A stretch of 52,415 bases of DNA, the filler included, from Dimargaris cristalligena (Eukaryota), in assembly GCA_003614675.1 (NCBI GenBank). It is 2 parts of 2 records of this genome, joined end to end, with 100 filler letters (N's around TTAATTAATTAA, not from the genome) between each part and the next. Parts side by side here need not be neighbours in the genome. Positions count along the whole stretch, not along the records: positions 1 to 26,269 come from ML002546.1; 1 more part is not named here. One strand, 5' to 3'. The first letter of the stretch is position 1, and each line of letters begins with the position of its first letter. The notes beneath the pieces were generated by a model. It saw only the letters and a list, made by a program, of their open reading frames with translations, did no database searches and was not told the DNA's origin. Both the position numbers and the translations under genes were made by a program. Below, piece by piece: positions 12,415-24,086 of this stretch.

Positions 12415-12984
12415 TTAACTTATATCAAGGGTTCGCCAGTCAACCGTCTCGTCAATATAACTTTCGCTGTCGGAATCGTCACTGCTGCCTTCATTTGGTG
12501 GTTTGGATACATGCTCGTTGCTGAGCATACTGCTGGTTGGATTAGGTCTGGCCGGCGGAACATCTACGGCCATAGTATCGGACGGTTTGGGGGCCTGTCC
12601 CTGGCGGAAGCCTTTGAGATGCTCGATAGTTCGGTATAGCTGCTGTTGGCTGGCCAGCTCACGTTCTTGGCGCTCCAGCCACTCTACCTCGTCATCGTCC
12701 AGGACCTGTGGAAGCGGAGGTGCAGAATTAGGTTCAGTCGTCGTATCCGGCCGTGATGGAGTGGCGGTTGAATGCGATGGGCTCGGGGGATAAGGATGGG
12801 CGACAGTTGGCTTGACTGAATTGAGGGAGGATTTGAGTTTTTTTGTCGGGACGGTGGAATCGCTTCCTGGTTTAGTGGATGGTGTATTCAGGGAGGAATC
12901 AGAACCGTCATTGGACGAATGGTCGTCCTCGTCACTACTATAGCCGGCGACTAAGGATGTAAATTTTCGTTTAGGAGTGTCCAT
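12415..12984 (-). CDS. Hypothetical protein with a ZNF830/CCDC16-like C-terminus
   Basis: DDDEVEWLERQERELASQQQLYRTIEHLK, then an acidic stretch and terminal DWR, resembles the ZNF830 C-terminal coiled coil and DWR tail. Confidence 0.55.
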   Translation of the reverse strand: MDTPKRKFTSLVAGYSSDEDDHSSNDGSDSSLNTPSTKPGSDSTVPTKKLKSSLNSVKPTVAHPYPPSPSHSTATPSRPDTTTEPNSAPPLPQVLDDDEVEWLERQERELASQQQLYRTIEHLKGFRQGQAPKPSDTMAVDVPPARPNPTSSMLSNEHVSKPPNEGSSDDSDSESYIDETVDWRTLDIS

Positions 12985-13451
12985 GGCTATTGGCACTGAA
13001 ATGAGGGCTTATAGAATTGGAAATAAAAAAGAACTACAAAAGGGGCTGATGGGTTGGAAGTCGATTTTCCCGAGTGGGGTGAGTCTCGGTTAGTTTTAAA
13101 TACTCCCATACTGGAGTACAGAGTGCCATAAATATCATCCCTTATAGCGTCCACCCTAGACCAACAGCAGTGCATTTCTTTTTTCGCTATTGATTGAGGT
13201 TTCCACCCTCTACTCCTTAATTAAAGATTGGCAGGTTCAACAATACCGGTTGGCAACTACTAGGTTCGTGAAAGTTGATGTTATAGCGGAGTAGGCCTAT
13301 TTATTTGGCAAAATTAACCGACAGTTCAGTAGAATACATTAGTTTCCCATAAATTAACGAAAGGGCAACTTAAAAATCGAATAAAACTCATAAATAACGT
13401 GGATTGCAGTTAGTCTTAGTGCGTCGAGGGCTGGGCGGGGGATATCATCGG

Positions 13452-15488
13452 TTAATTGCCCTTCGATCCAGGGGTGGACCCGCCACTGTTCGGATTATTT
13501 AAATTGCTCATGTTGTTGACGTTGGACGCCCCCGGATTCATCATGCCGTTCATCATGTTCATCGACATCATCGGGTTCATATTAAGCGGTAGACTCGTTG
13601 GGCTGTTGCCCCCTCCGAACATCGCCATAGGGAAATTCGGGTTTATACCCCCTTGTTGGGAGGTATAGCCTCCCCCCATGGGATGGCTGTGGGAATGGGA
13701 GTTGGCTCCGGCCGGATGACCGGCACTCATACCGGGGTGGCGATTAATCTGGGTGCCCATATTATTGAGGTTCATGGGCATCGAGAGGGCGGGATTAACT
13801 GCTGCATTCGAGGTACCGCCCATACCCAGGCCGAGATTGACCCCCGCCTGGGGATTTAAATTATAATTGGCACCCGAGCTCAGCATGTTGAGATTCATGC
13901 CCATACCCATGCCCATCGCCATGGCCATTTGGGGATTAATACCCGATGATTGCATTCCACCGGCTCCGGCATTCGCCGCCATAAGAGCCATACTGGCTAG
14001 CGCGGGATTCACGTTGCCCCCGCTGGAAATACCCATACCATTGGACATGGGCATACCACCCTGTTGCAGTTGCTGCATACGCATTTGGTGGAAATATAAT
14101 TGCTGGGCCTGTGAAAAGTTCATGAGGTTGGGCTGGCCCGAAGCAAGGGCCTGGGCTTGAATCTGGGCTTGTGCTTGGGCTTGGGACATAACCATGGTAT
14201 GGTGGCTGCCTAGAGGAGGGGCTGTGGATTGGATGGGCGCCGAAACGGTTGGAGACGAAAGGCCAAGGCTAAGGGGGCGCGGAGCGATTACACCCGGGCC
14301 TGATGCACTAACCGATACCGGGGTCGAGACTGAAGTCGAGGTGGGGTAGGGAGATGCGGTCGCCGAAGAGGGCTGTTGGGGTTCGGAGTTGATCGCGGGG
14401 GAGCCCATTTGACTGATGGGGGTGCCCACATTACTACCCCCCTGTTGGCTCACCTTGGGTGAAGCCACGGGGGGCTTATTCGCCTGGGCCGACAGGTGCA
14501 TCTGCAGTATTCGTTGGCGTTTCAATTCCTGTTCCACCAAAAAGTTGGGCCGACTGGGTTGGGGTTGGATATTTTGGGTCTGGAAGGGCGGCAGGGGAAC
14601 GAACTGTTGGATATCGAACGCGGGGCCGCCAGTACTAGTGGCCTGGGAGGAGCTGCCGAAATTGAGAATGAGCGGAGTATTTCCCGTTTCAGTGGGGGTG
14701 GCTGTAGCTAGTGGGGCCGGTTCGCCGGCGGCCGGAGCCCCGGAAGAAGTCGCGGGGCTTTCCACGAGCGGTGGGTCAATCACGCGACAGGTGGGGGGCA
14801 AGGTCAGTCGGGAATCCTCGGCAGTTGTCGCGGCCGGTTTGGCCGTGGAACCCCCAGGGGCCGTCGATTTGGTGGGCGATTGCAGGTTCGCTTCATTCGG
14901 GTCGACCCGAGCCGGGGCCGGTTGCAATTGCTCGAAGGCCGTCCGACTGTGTTCCAACATGGCGGGCAGGGCCCGTTTTTCTCTGGCTTGGAAATGGTGG
15001 ACCGCGTCGGTTAGGAGGGCCTGCAGTTTACGCCCTGCGGGGGTTTTGGGGGTGGGTAGGTCCGCCAAATTGGGTGCTTGGAGCATTTGGGTAGCTTCCC
15101 CTTGGGGATCGAGGGACCCAAGCGTCTGGGCCATGGCCGACGCGGCTGAGCCACGGTTACCGGCCGGGGCACCCCGCGAGTACGCGGGGGAAGACTCGGT
15201 GGTAGCTTCGGAGCGGCCGGACTGTGTACCAGCCGGCCCGGCCTGGAGGTCTGGATGGGCAGCTAGGGGCTGGGAAGTTTTCAGGTAATGGTCGGCGATG
15301 TTGGCTAAGTAAGCCAGATTGGATTGTAATCGGGCCTGATAAACGGCGAAATCGGGGTATTGGAACCAGCCGCGATTCTGGAATTCAATGCATACTTGAA
15401 TGAGTTCGGCGTTGATGTCCAGAACAAGTTGTACGCATTTAGCGTTGAATTCGGGAATGTAGGAGGTATCACCGACTGAAGCGACCAT
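13452..15488 (-). CDS. SSXT-domain (SS18/GIF family) protein with a long Q/M/G/N/P-rich low-complexity C-terminus
   Basis: VQLVLDINAELIQVCIEFQNRG...YQARLQSNLAYLANIAD matches the SSXT/SNH signature; 678-aa ORF. Confidence 0.85.
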   Translation of the reverse strand: MVASVGDTSYIPEFNAKCVQLVLDINAELIQVCIEFQNRGWFQYPDFAVYQARLQSNLAYLANIADHYLKTSQPLAAHPDLQAGPAGTQSGRSEATTESSPAYSRGAPAGNRGSAASAMAQTLGSLDPQGEATQMLQAPNLADLPTPKTPAGRKLQALLTDAVHHFQAREKRALPAMLEHSRTAFEQLQPAPARVDPNEANLQSPTKSTAPGGSTAKPAATTAEDSRLTLPPTCRVIDPPLVESPATSSGAPAAGEPAPLATATPTETGNTPLILNFGSSSQATSTGGPAFDIQQFVPLPPFQTQNIQPQPSRPNFLVEQELKRQRILQMHLSAQANKPPVASPKVSQQGGSNVGTPISQMGSPAINSEPQQPSSATASPYPTSTSVSTPVSVSASGPGVIAPRPLSLGLSSPTVSAPIQSTAPPLGSHHTMVMSQAQAQAQIQAQALASGQPNLMNFSQAQQLYFHQMRMQQLQQGGMPMSNGMGISSGGNVNPALASMALMAANAGAGGMQSSGINPQMAMAMGMGMGMNLNMLSSGANYNLNPQAGVNLGLGMGGTSNAAVNPALSMPMNLNNMGTQINRHPGMSAGHPAGANSHSHSHPMGGGYTSQQGGINPNFPMAMFGGGNSPTSLPLNMNPMMSMNMMNGMMNPGASNVNNMSNLNNPNSGGSTPGSKGN

Positions 15489-16953
15489 GGCGCTGGTATA
15501 AAGTCCTAAAAACTACACAGAGGAAAAGAGAAACGCGTGTGCTTGGCCGTAAAAATAGACAATACGAGGACTAGGTAGGCTATGGCTGGAAGACAAATGG
15601 AGGTGCTGTACAGGGCTGGGTGAATGAAGTCGTATATGCACGGTTAGGGGAAACCGAAGTGAGGAAGTAATATAGTGGAAGTGAAAAGATGTCCAAGAAG
15701 TAACGAATGAAGCTGGTGCACATGCGTAGGACTAAAAGGAATGTGCTATCTCTCTTGGGAAATTGGGTGGAAAATTGTTCCCCTGACTTGGAGACCTCCG
15801 CCTTAGCGAAAAGCCGATGTCCCACGTCCGAATGATCTGGGATTAATTTTCCGAATGTTAACGGTTCTTTGGCTAAATATGGTACCCGACAAATCGATGT
15901 AGTATTTCCTGGTCTCTAATAATTATCCCGATGTTGTGGGTATAATGCTGTGTTCTTATAGTCTATCAACCGTGGAAAGAAGCTGTAATACTCCAGAATT
16001 GACACTAAAGGGTGGTGTTCCTGGGGATGCTAATCCTAGATAGCGGTCAGTCTTGCCAGAGAAAGCAGATGAATAATAACCCACAGGAGTAAATACCAAG
16101 TGTGCCTACCAGCATTGGACACGTCGTAGTTCGGGGGTGGAGGTTGGGGGGTTATGGATAACGAAGATGAACCCCCCGAGTATTAGCAGCCCTTTAGCGT
16201 GGATGGGATGGCTAATAATAATATGGCTTGGTGGCATTTTACCTGTGGTGCCACTGCCAGACGTAAATAAGCCCCGCTTTTCCTGTCATCCTTAGGCGTC
16301 AGCTTGGCCAGAAGGAGCATGGTGTTCGAGTCTCACATCTTTCTAGCTAAAGCAGCCAAATGGGCTCCCCATTATCGTGGTTGTACTAAAGGCAATGAGT
16401 GTGATGGTCCTTGGTGGCGACGGTTTGTCCAACCCATTCAGCAGATGTTCATGATGGATGGGGGTTGTCACCTTATGATAGCCAGCAGCCCCACAATCCC
16501 AACCTAACCCTAATTCCAGTTGCACGCTAATAGAAAATGGCCTAAACGGGAATCTTGCTTAGTCTGAAATGCTGACCTGTTAAACAGGACTATGAATTGG
16601 GGGTTTCTATTTTGGTCCTTGACATGTAGCAGGGTCTGGAAATAAAGTGCGCGGTGGTTACTGGTGCGACACAGCCAACACGCCTCGGAAGACAGCACAA
16701 GTAGTCCATGCTATATTATGGATTCCATAATCCAAATCCAGGATAAAGTAGGAGCGCCGGGCTGCAGTCAGCCCTTTCCCTAGGCTATAAATACTGAAGC
16801 TATGAAGTCAATATACTGGATCATCTATCCAGCCCCCCCAGCCTTAGTCCCCCGCAGCGCCAGATATACCCTGACTATCGTTAGGTCCCATTCCGTATTA
16901 TTCCACCTGCCTCCCTTAGCCAGAGATTGATCTGGCGTGGTTTGTCATTCAAT

Positions 16954-18442
16954 ATGAAATGGCCTATTTTGTTCATCGCCCTGGTTACTACCCAGCTTAC
17001 CGTGGTCCGTGGGGCATCAATTCTCCTCCCGCCCATTTCAAAATTACCTGCTCGTCCTGCTATCACCATTGACCGAATAGCCGGAGAACTTCGCCAACAA
17101 ATCCAATGTTTTCTAAGCCTCAAAGACCTTTTGGAGCTGCGCAAGGCCTGTAAAGGGCGCCATGTCATTGTAGATTCAGTCTTGATAGATAAGGTAGGCC
17201 CGCCAACGTAACCAAACACACAGTAGAAGGACTGCTAGACCCTACCCCATGTAATCATACTTGAATCCACCAGCTATATCAAGAATTTTTTCTTGGACCA
17301 TTATTGATACGAATGGGCTACTAATATACGACATAGCCCACTCTATATTCGGTCGATTTGTTTAGGTGTTTACTCACTGGGATGACGCCATGTCCCTGAG
17401 CCGGTACATCTTTACGAACCAGGTCTACTGGGAGAGTTTTGCTCCTATTTGGTTTGCGGTAGCTCCCCTGGAAACCTGGGATTCCTGGTTCATAGATATT
17501 GACACCGGTCTCGGCTGGGCGTATGCGCACTGTGCGACAGCCGACTGTCAGCACGGCGGCGGTTCACAAACACGGGGTTATTGGAACCAGGCCACCGCCT
17601 TTGATCGATTTCTTGGAGCCAATCCGGTTCTGAAAGACCACCAGAGGGTCTACATATCCCTGGGCCAGCTTGGTCACGGCGATCTGCGGGCCGAATTTCC
17701 TTTTGTCTCTAAGTGTACCGGCTCGATCCTCAAGGACCTGCTGGTGATTTTGGGACATTCGATGAAATTAACAACCCTATCGTCGGTTTTACCTACCGAC
17801 CCCAGCCACTACCTCGACTTCGATCCGATCAAGGCCCACTTTGACTTAGCAAAAAGCATGGCGGGAGCTATTACAACCCTCCTAACAAGCAGCCTATGGC
17901 ACCTGCATCGTACCGACCAAGTCGAGCAAATCAGTCTCTATTTCCAAGAAGCCATCGGGGTGGTAAAAACAAGTCTCAATATCAATCCGATTGCCTACAT
18001 GTACCAATGTAAAACGCTCCATAACCTGGCCTACTTGGTCATGACCCTCGCGGCTATTAAGGGGGACCAAAAGGACTTCATTGATTCGATTATGGCCACC
18101 ATGGCTATATTGGATACCGAGACTCAACCGGACCCGGACATGGTGTTCAAGACCACTCGGGTGAACTATTTGCGAACACTCACTCTAAACCAGCTGCACA
18201 CCCCACTGGCCTACTTTCGATCCATATGGCCCGAGCTAAAGAACAAACCACTGGACCGGTACGAGCCTCTCGATTTCATAGACATGCAGAGGCAATGGCT
18301 GACCAACCAGGGAGACTTGCATCAAGCGGTACCCCTTGCGATGCTTCACGACCCCACCCGAGTATTGGCAATAGCCAAGGTTGATTTTCCACCGGGACAT
18401 GGCCAGGCCGACTATTCCTTCGCCAACCAATTCAAACTGTAG
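16954..18442 (+). CDS. Hypothetical secreted protein with an N-terminal F-box-like motif; exons 16954-17193 and 17366-18442 (438 aa)
   Basis: Signal peptide MKWPILFIALVTTQLTVVRG; IDRIAGELRQQIQCFLSLKDLLELRKACK; phase-0 GTAGGC..TTTAG intron; TATAAATA at 16786. Confidence 0.75.
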
Positions 18443-19549
18443 GGGTTGCATTTGATATCGAAAGAAGGTACAACAGTATCTAGTTCGTCAAAGTCATAAT
18501 TTGACAGTATTTTATCCATTGGACATGGCAACAGGGAAATAGAGACATATCACACTATTTGAACTCCGTCTGGATTCCTCGGATTAAGTCACACCTGTCC
18601 GTTTAAAGGTAGCGTGTGTTCTAATTAAATTTCATCAAACTATTTATAAGATAATATCAGACTGTAATTATATGCATAGGTGAGTAAATTGCAGTTTGTG
18701 TTTTACGCCGTAGGTTTTTAATGGATGAGGTACATCAATGTGCGGGCTTACAGTGCCAAATAACAACACCATTAGCCTAATACTAGCCCCATTGGCCTAT
18801 TTAAAAGCAGACCTTTAAATAAGGAAATAGTCGGCATTTTAATTAAAGGAATAGGGGAATAGTTCTTGCGGATTTTCAATATAGCTCAGAGGTGTCTACT
18901 TGGCATACCTAAATATCGCTTTGAGGGTCTGGCTTTAGGGTACCCTTACGGCTAATATTAAAACCTGCATCCCCCAACTAGCGGTGCTCACCACTATACG
19001 TAGCCCCCCCAATTCACTGTATGATCGACCACGACCATATCGCTAAAGGCATGGTTATTTGGGTCGGGTACCCTCTCGCCCAGCTTTGTGAAGCACAGTG
19101 TTTTCTCGGCAGATTCCCTCTTCCTTCCAACCAACGGGCTCGCGGGGAGAAGGGAAGTCCGCTGCTGGGTTGGACCAGTTAACCTCGCCGCCATAGGCCA
19201 AACCCTCCCAGCTCCAACCTATCCTTCCGCTCATCCGCATTCTTTACTTCTACGTTTTCCTCCCTTCTTTCCCCATTGTATAGTCAGTGCCCGTATTTCC
19301 CTAGTTACAGTGCCCACTATCGGCATCTTCGTAATTCCTTCCGCTTTAGTACTCATAGCAAGCTCCAGTCCTTTCTGTCCAGCACGTAAATGCACTCCTA
19401 TTTCACTGCCCACCACCCAACACCGCCTTTTTTTATTTTGTTATCTCCTCAGTTTCCCGCCCACCGCCAGGCCATTGTAGCTAGCCCGCGCCACCGCTTC
19501 CATACCTCCCTCGTTCCTGCGGTCGTCGACCTTACTCAAGACTAGGAGA

Positions 19550-21991
19550 ATGTCCAATGTCTTTCACAATGCCGAAGCCCAAAAGTACCTCGTCACAAAA
19601 CTGCCCCATACCGCGTTCAATGCCACCGATTTAGCCCAGTATGCGGGGGTTATCCCCGTCACCGAAAGTGGTGAAGGCGGCATATTTTTCTGGCTAATGT
19701 ACAACACCACCCTGATCCCGGATATCCGGGCCCCTCATAATCCGCACAAGAAACTCGTCGTTTGGTTTAACGGGGGACCTGGGTGTACCAGCTTGGACGG
19801 GGTGTTCCTAGAGAATGGCCCTTACCAGTTTACCGGTACCCCTGACAATATTCAAATCGTCCCCCGTGATTGGAGTTTCACCCAGCAGGCGGTTATGCTC
19901 TACGTGGACCAGCCCCTGGGTACGGGCTTCTCGTATGCGCCCGAAGAGGAGTACAGCACCCATTATGCCGACCTGACCTACCGGGTCTTCCGATTCCTGA
20001 CGGGGTTCTACGCGTTATTCCCCGAACTCGATCCTTTTGATATCTACTTGGCGGGCGAAAGTCAGGCCGGCGTGTACATCCCCTACATCGCCCAGGATAT
20101 GCTCCGGCGGTCCGACGCCAAGGTGGATGGTCATACGTTTGCCCTTAAAGGTCTTATGATCGGTAATGGCTGGCTAGACCCCCTGCCGCAGTACCGGGCC
20201 GTCCTGGATATGGCCCGGGCCCAGAACCTTCACCCACCCGCCGCGGAGGCCGCTATCCAGTCCCACCTCGACACTTGCGTCAGTGACTACTCACACAGCC
20301 CCCCGCGGATAATCAGTCACCAGTGCGAGGCCTACATCAACGAATTCATCAAACTGGCGGCCCCTGAACCAGGCAAATGCTATAATAATTTCGACTACCG
20401 GAAAGTTGACACGTACCCGGAGTGCGGCATGAATTGGCCGCCCCAAATCCACACCTTCACCGCCTATTTCCGCCTCCCGGCAGTGTGGAAAGCCCTCCAC
20501 GTCGATGGTCGGACTTGGTCCGATTGGTCCGAGTGTAATAACGCCGTGGGGACCCGCCTGGAAAATAGCCCCGATCGGCCCAGCATCGAAATCCTACCGA
20601 ATCTGCTAACCCGGTTGCCCGTTCTTCTAGTCCACGGTGACAAGGATCTGCTGTGTAACTATATGGGGGCCGAAAAGATGATTTCCCAATTGACCTGGGG
20701 CGGCCAGCAGGGGTTCATGCAAGGGGGCCTCCAGACTTGGCAGATTGATAGTGCCGACGTTGGTCTGTACCAATCCGAACGAAATCTCATATACGCTCGG
20801 CTTTTCGATGCTAGCCACATGGCAGGTGTAGATAAGCCCCTACCCATGTTCGACCTCCTTGTGCGGCTCACCGGAACGGATGTATCAACGCTTTCCTACA
20901 ATTCCATAGTTTTACCCGAGGTAAGCCGACTTCTCCCCCATCCCTTCTTTTTTTGTCGGGGGTTACCGCAGTAGCAGTCACATTGATTGAGACGTGGGTG
21001 GATTGGCCTCCGTCGGTATTTTTGCGGATTTTCTAATTTTTGTTAAGCCCTTCATCGCGTTTAATGGAGGGACGGTTATTGAATTGGGCATAGCTATTGC
21101 ATTGCTGAAGAGGAGTCATATTCACGACTCTCCTATTCAAGGAGGGCTCTCAAGGATATAATGGCTAATACCACCTCTGGTTTGTACGATCCACCTTAAA
21201 TATCGGGCCTATAGGTTCTTGACGTGAGTGGTCCTGTTACTCCCTCGTTGGCCCGAGGCACTCGCTTTGTGTAAGTATTTCAAATTTGTATCACAGCGAT
21301 GCACTGCCTGCTTTATTCCCCTCTCCTCCATGCTCTCCAACAAATACCACCTAGACTAACCACACCCACCTATTCGCTCCAACCCTCTGGTGTCCATACA
21401 TCTCTAGCCTGGGCAGTCTTATTGTCACCTGTATTATCCTTTTCGCATTCGCCTACGCCTTTATCCGGAAGGCCCGATACAAGCGGAAACACCCGGAAGA
21501 CTACCAGGAATACCACCAGATCGTTAACCCGATCGGCCTTAATGGGCTACCCCGTCTCAGTCAGGATATAGCTGAAGAGGAAATTCATATGACCCAACTT
21601 GGTATTTTTGGTCTTCCTATAACCGAGGAGCCTCTAAGTGACCATTACAACAAACCCACAGTTCGTATTTTTGATTACCAGAGGTAGGCTAGGAACCGTC
21701 GAACTCTTTAATGGTGGAACTGGGATTTTTTACTGTCCACCCCCGCATTAGCAGGCTGAGCCTGAATGGCGGATGTACATACCGTAGCCCCAGGGTATCT
21801 AACTGATTGTGTTTATTATCCACATGTGTAACCACTCCCCTTGCTCGATTCGTGGCTACGCTTCCAGTGATGGGTCGGGCGATGATCGCTCCGCACGTCG
21901 ACCCCTCCGCCCGGCAAACAAGCCCGCACGGGCCAAGTCGAAGCAGCCACCCAAGTCCAAGAAGGCGCGTGGTAAACGACCTGACATATGA
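19550..21991 (+). CDS. KEX1: Kex1-like serine carboxypeptidase (S10) with a C-terminal TM helix; exons approx. 19550-20920, 21215-21270, 21408-21683, 21868-21991
   Basis: WFNGGPGCTSLDG, VDQPLGTGFS, GESQAG, GDKDLLCN, ASHM; ECGMNWP motif; TM segment LGSLIVTCIILFAFAYAFI followed by RKAR. Confidence 0.85.
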
Positions 21992-22461
21992 TCCAAGACA
22001 TCAGCGGCCGCTAATCGAACCCCGGCATAACATCCATCGAGTATGACACTGGGTTTTCTCCCAGGTATTGTCGGCATCAACATTTTGATTGATGCACTCA
22101 GGCTCGTGGGTCCTCCTTTGCATCCTCACTAACCAGTGCATTGACAAGCATTCTCACAAATTAGACTGAATATTTCGAGACCTCGCCTGGTTTACTACTT
22201 TAATGAATCGTCAAAGAAGATGGGATTTGGTGGGAAAACTGGTAATCGCTTTTACTAGAATTGAAATACACGGTTTATTTGGTACATGGGTGCGCTGGTG
22301 AGCCGGGGTGGATTCCGGCCCAATTATTGGTAGCAGGGGTACCTTAGCAGTAGGCGGTGGTGACTAGGGTGAGTTTGTCGATGATTCGGGTAAGAAGAAA
22401 TAAGTGGATACAGAAGGGGTGCGCGGTGGAGAGGGGCGGGACCAATAACAATGGGGCTATC

Positions 22462-23083
22462 TTAGCGGCCGTATCTAGATAGAATGGAGATTAGCGTAGT
22501 GGAAGGGGTATAATGTAGAATATATCCACACGGTAGACGGTTAGTTGTATGGGTGACAATGGTCCCTTATCGCACAGGTGTAAAAGGTTAAGCACAACTT
22601 CAATCGGCAACTAGTCTAATGGGAGAGTGTAAAACAAAGGTGTGGTAAAGATTAGCCCGGGATAAATACCCCGGCACCCGATCCCGCAAAACGTTCAGCT
22701 TTGGGCAGCGCAGCAGGTTATGGGCGGTACACTTACTTTTGGAATTCCCATTCACGGTTATCGAGGGGACACACCTGGCGGGTTTTGAGCCACCGGGAGA
22801 TGCAGTGGAAATGAAAGGCGTGGTTACAGATACCCCAGGCCACGTTGCATTCCTCGCTGGTGGCGGATGACTGGTTAGCCTGGCATTCGATGCAGAGATC
22901 CATGATATGGTTACGACAAATGGCACAATTGTCAACCACAATGTCCCAGGCCCACAAGGCAACGGCATTCCATTCCTTGACCTCGAAACGCTTGGGGCCA
23001 CCGGAGGCTGGCTTGGAGCTACTACTGGGGGCGGTGGAGCCCTCCGGACGGGGGGTCTCGTCAACATCCATAGCCGACGACAT
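22462..23083 (-). CDS. RBX1: RING-box protein 1 (SCF/CRL E3 ligase subunit); exons 23083-22737 and 22474-22462
   Basis: [34 protein letters not shown]...[32 protein letters not shown]. Confidence 0.98.
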
Positions 23084-24086
23084 GGTTAGAGAGTGAGATG
23101 TATGGATTAGGTATAAAGGAAAAGTGGGAGGGGGATGAGGGACTTGAAGGGAATCGCAGCCGCACAATGGAAAAAAGGATACACCGTCTGTTAGTGAAAT
23201 TCCGAATGAAAAGACTCAAGAAAATCAGGATTAGATGCAGGAAGGAGAAGTGAGCGTGGGTCTTCCGCTGCGGGGCGGTTCAAAGTGAGGTCAATAACCC
23301 TCTTGGGCAGCTAGCCACTGACTAGCGGAGGTTCTTCCAGGTGCCGACTGGTGCACCTACAGCTAGAAGATGAAGGTGATGAATATCACTCCCATTCATC
23401 AATTATCCCCGCACTAGAGTCCTCTCTGAAGGCTAGTCTAACACTACCCTTTAGTATTTTGGGTATGGTGCTAGAGGCATTGAATTTATTCCAAGGCTTA
23501 ATTCGACTATAAGTGAACCCGGCTGAGCACCATTAACCTGGGCGTATATTTTGAAAGAGTTGCCTAATCACCACCACAAATATCCGTAGCCCGATATATA
23601 AACCCAAGCCAAAGAATGGTGGGCCACAGGACTCGGAAGGCCAATAGGGCCAATCACGTGAAGCTCTACCAACTCCATCTGGGGGAAGGGCGCACATTGA
23701 CTTCTCTTGGCTTTGCTCTTCACTTACTTAATGCCAACTTTCCCATTATACTACAGCAAAAGTGGGCTGAGGAAGAGGTGGAGGAGTGGGGAGTTCAGCC
23801 TAATTGTATATGTGCATATATGTAACAGTTTCTACTATGCGGTATTACGAAGGCTTGAATGGAGTGGATGGGCAAGGAAGTGAACAGGCGGAACCTACGT
23901 AGATGAGCTTCATTCCTCCCTCTGCATCTCTTTAACTATATACTAATACTATAAGGTTCGCGTTTTTTTTTATTAACGCCGAGACCTTCATGGCCCCACC
24001 TCATTCTCCCGGCTAATAGTTTTCCTTTGGTTTGACCGCTGCCCATCTAAGTCTGGTCCGAACGTTTCGCCACCCCCTCCCCGCAT

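Noticed and set aside
14416..15288. Long antisense ORFs (290 aa here; also 47929-48609 and 49696-50484)
   Set aside because: They are shadows of GC-rich coding strands with no recognisable domains.
16954..23083. Functional cluster of the F-box-like gene and RBX1
   Set aside because: RBX1 is an ordinary non-secreted housekeeping copy; the proximity is probably chance.
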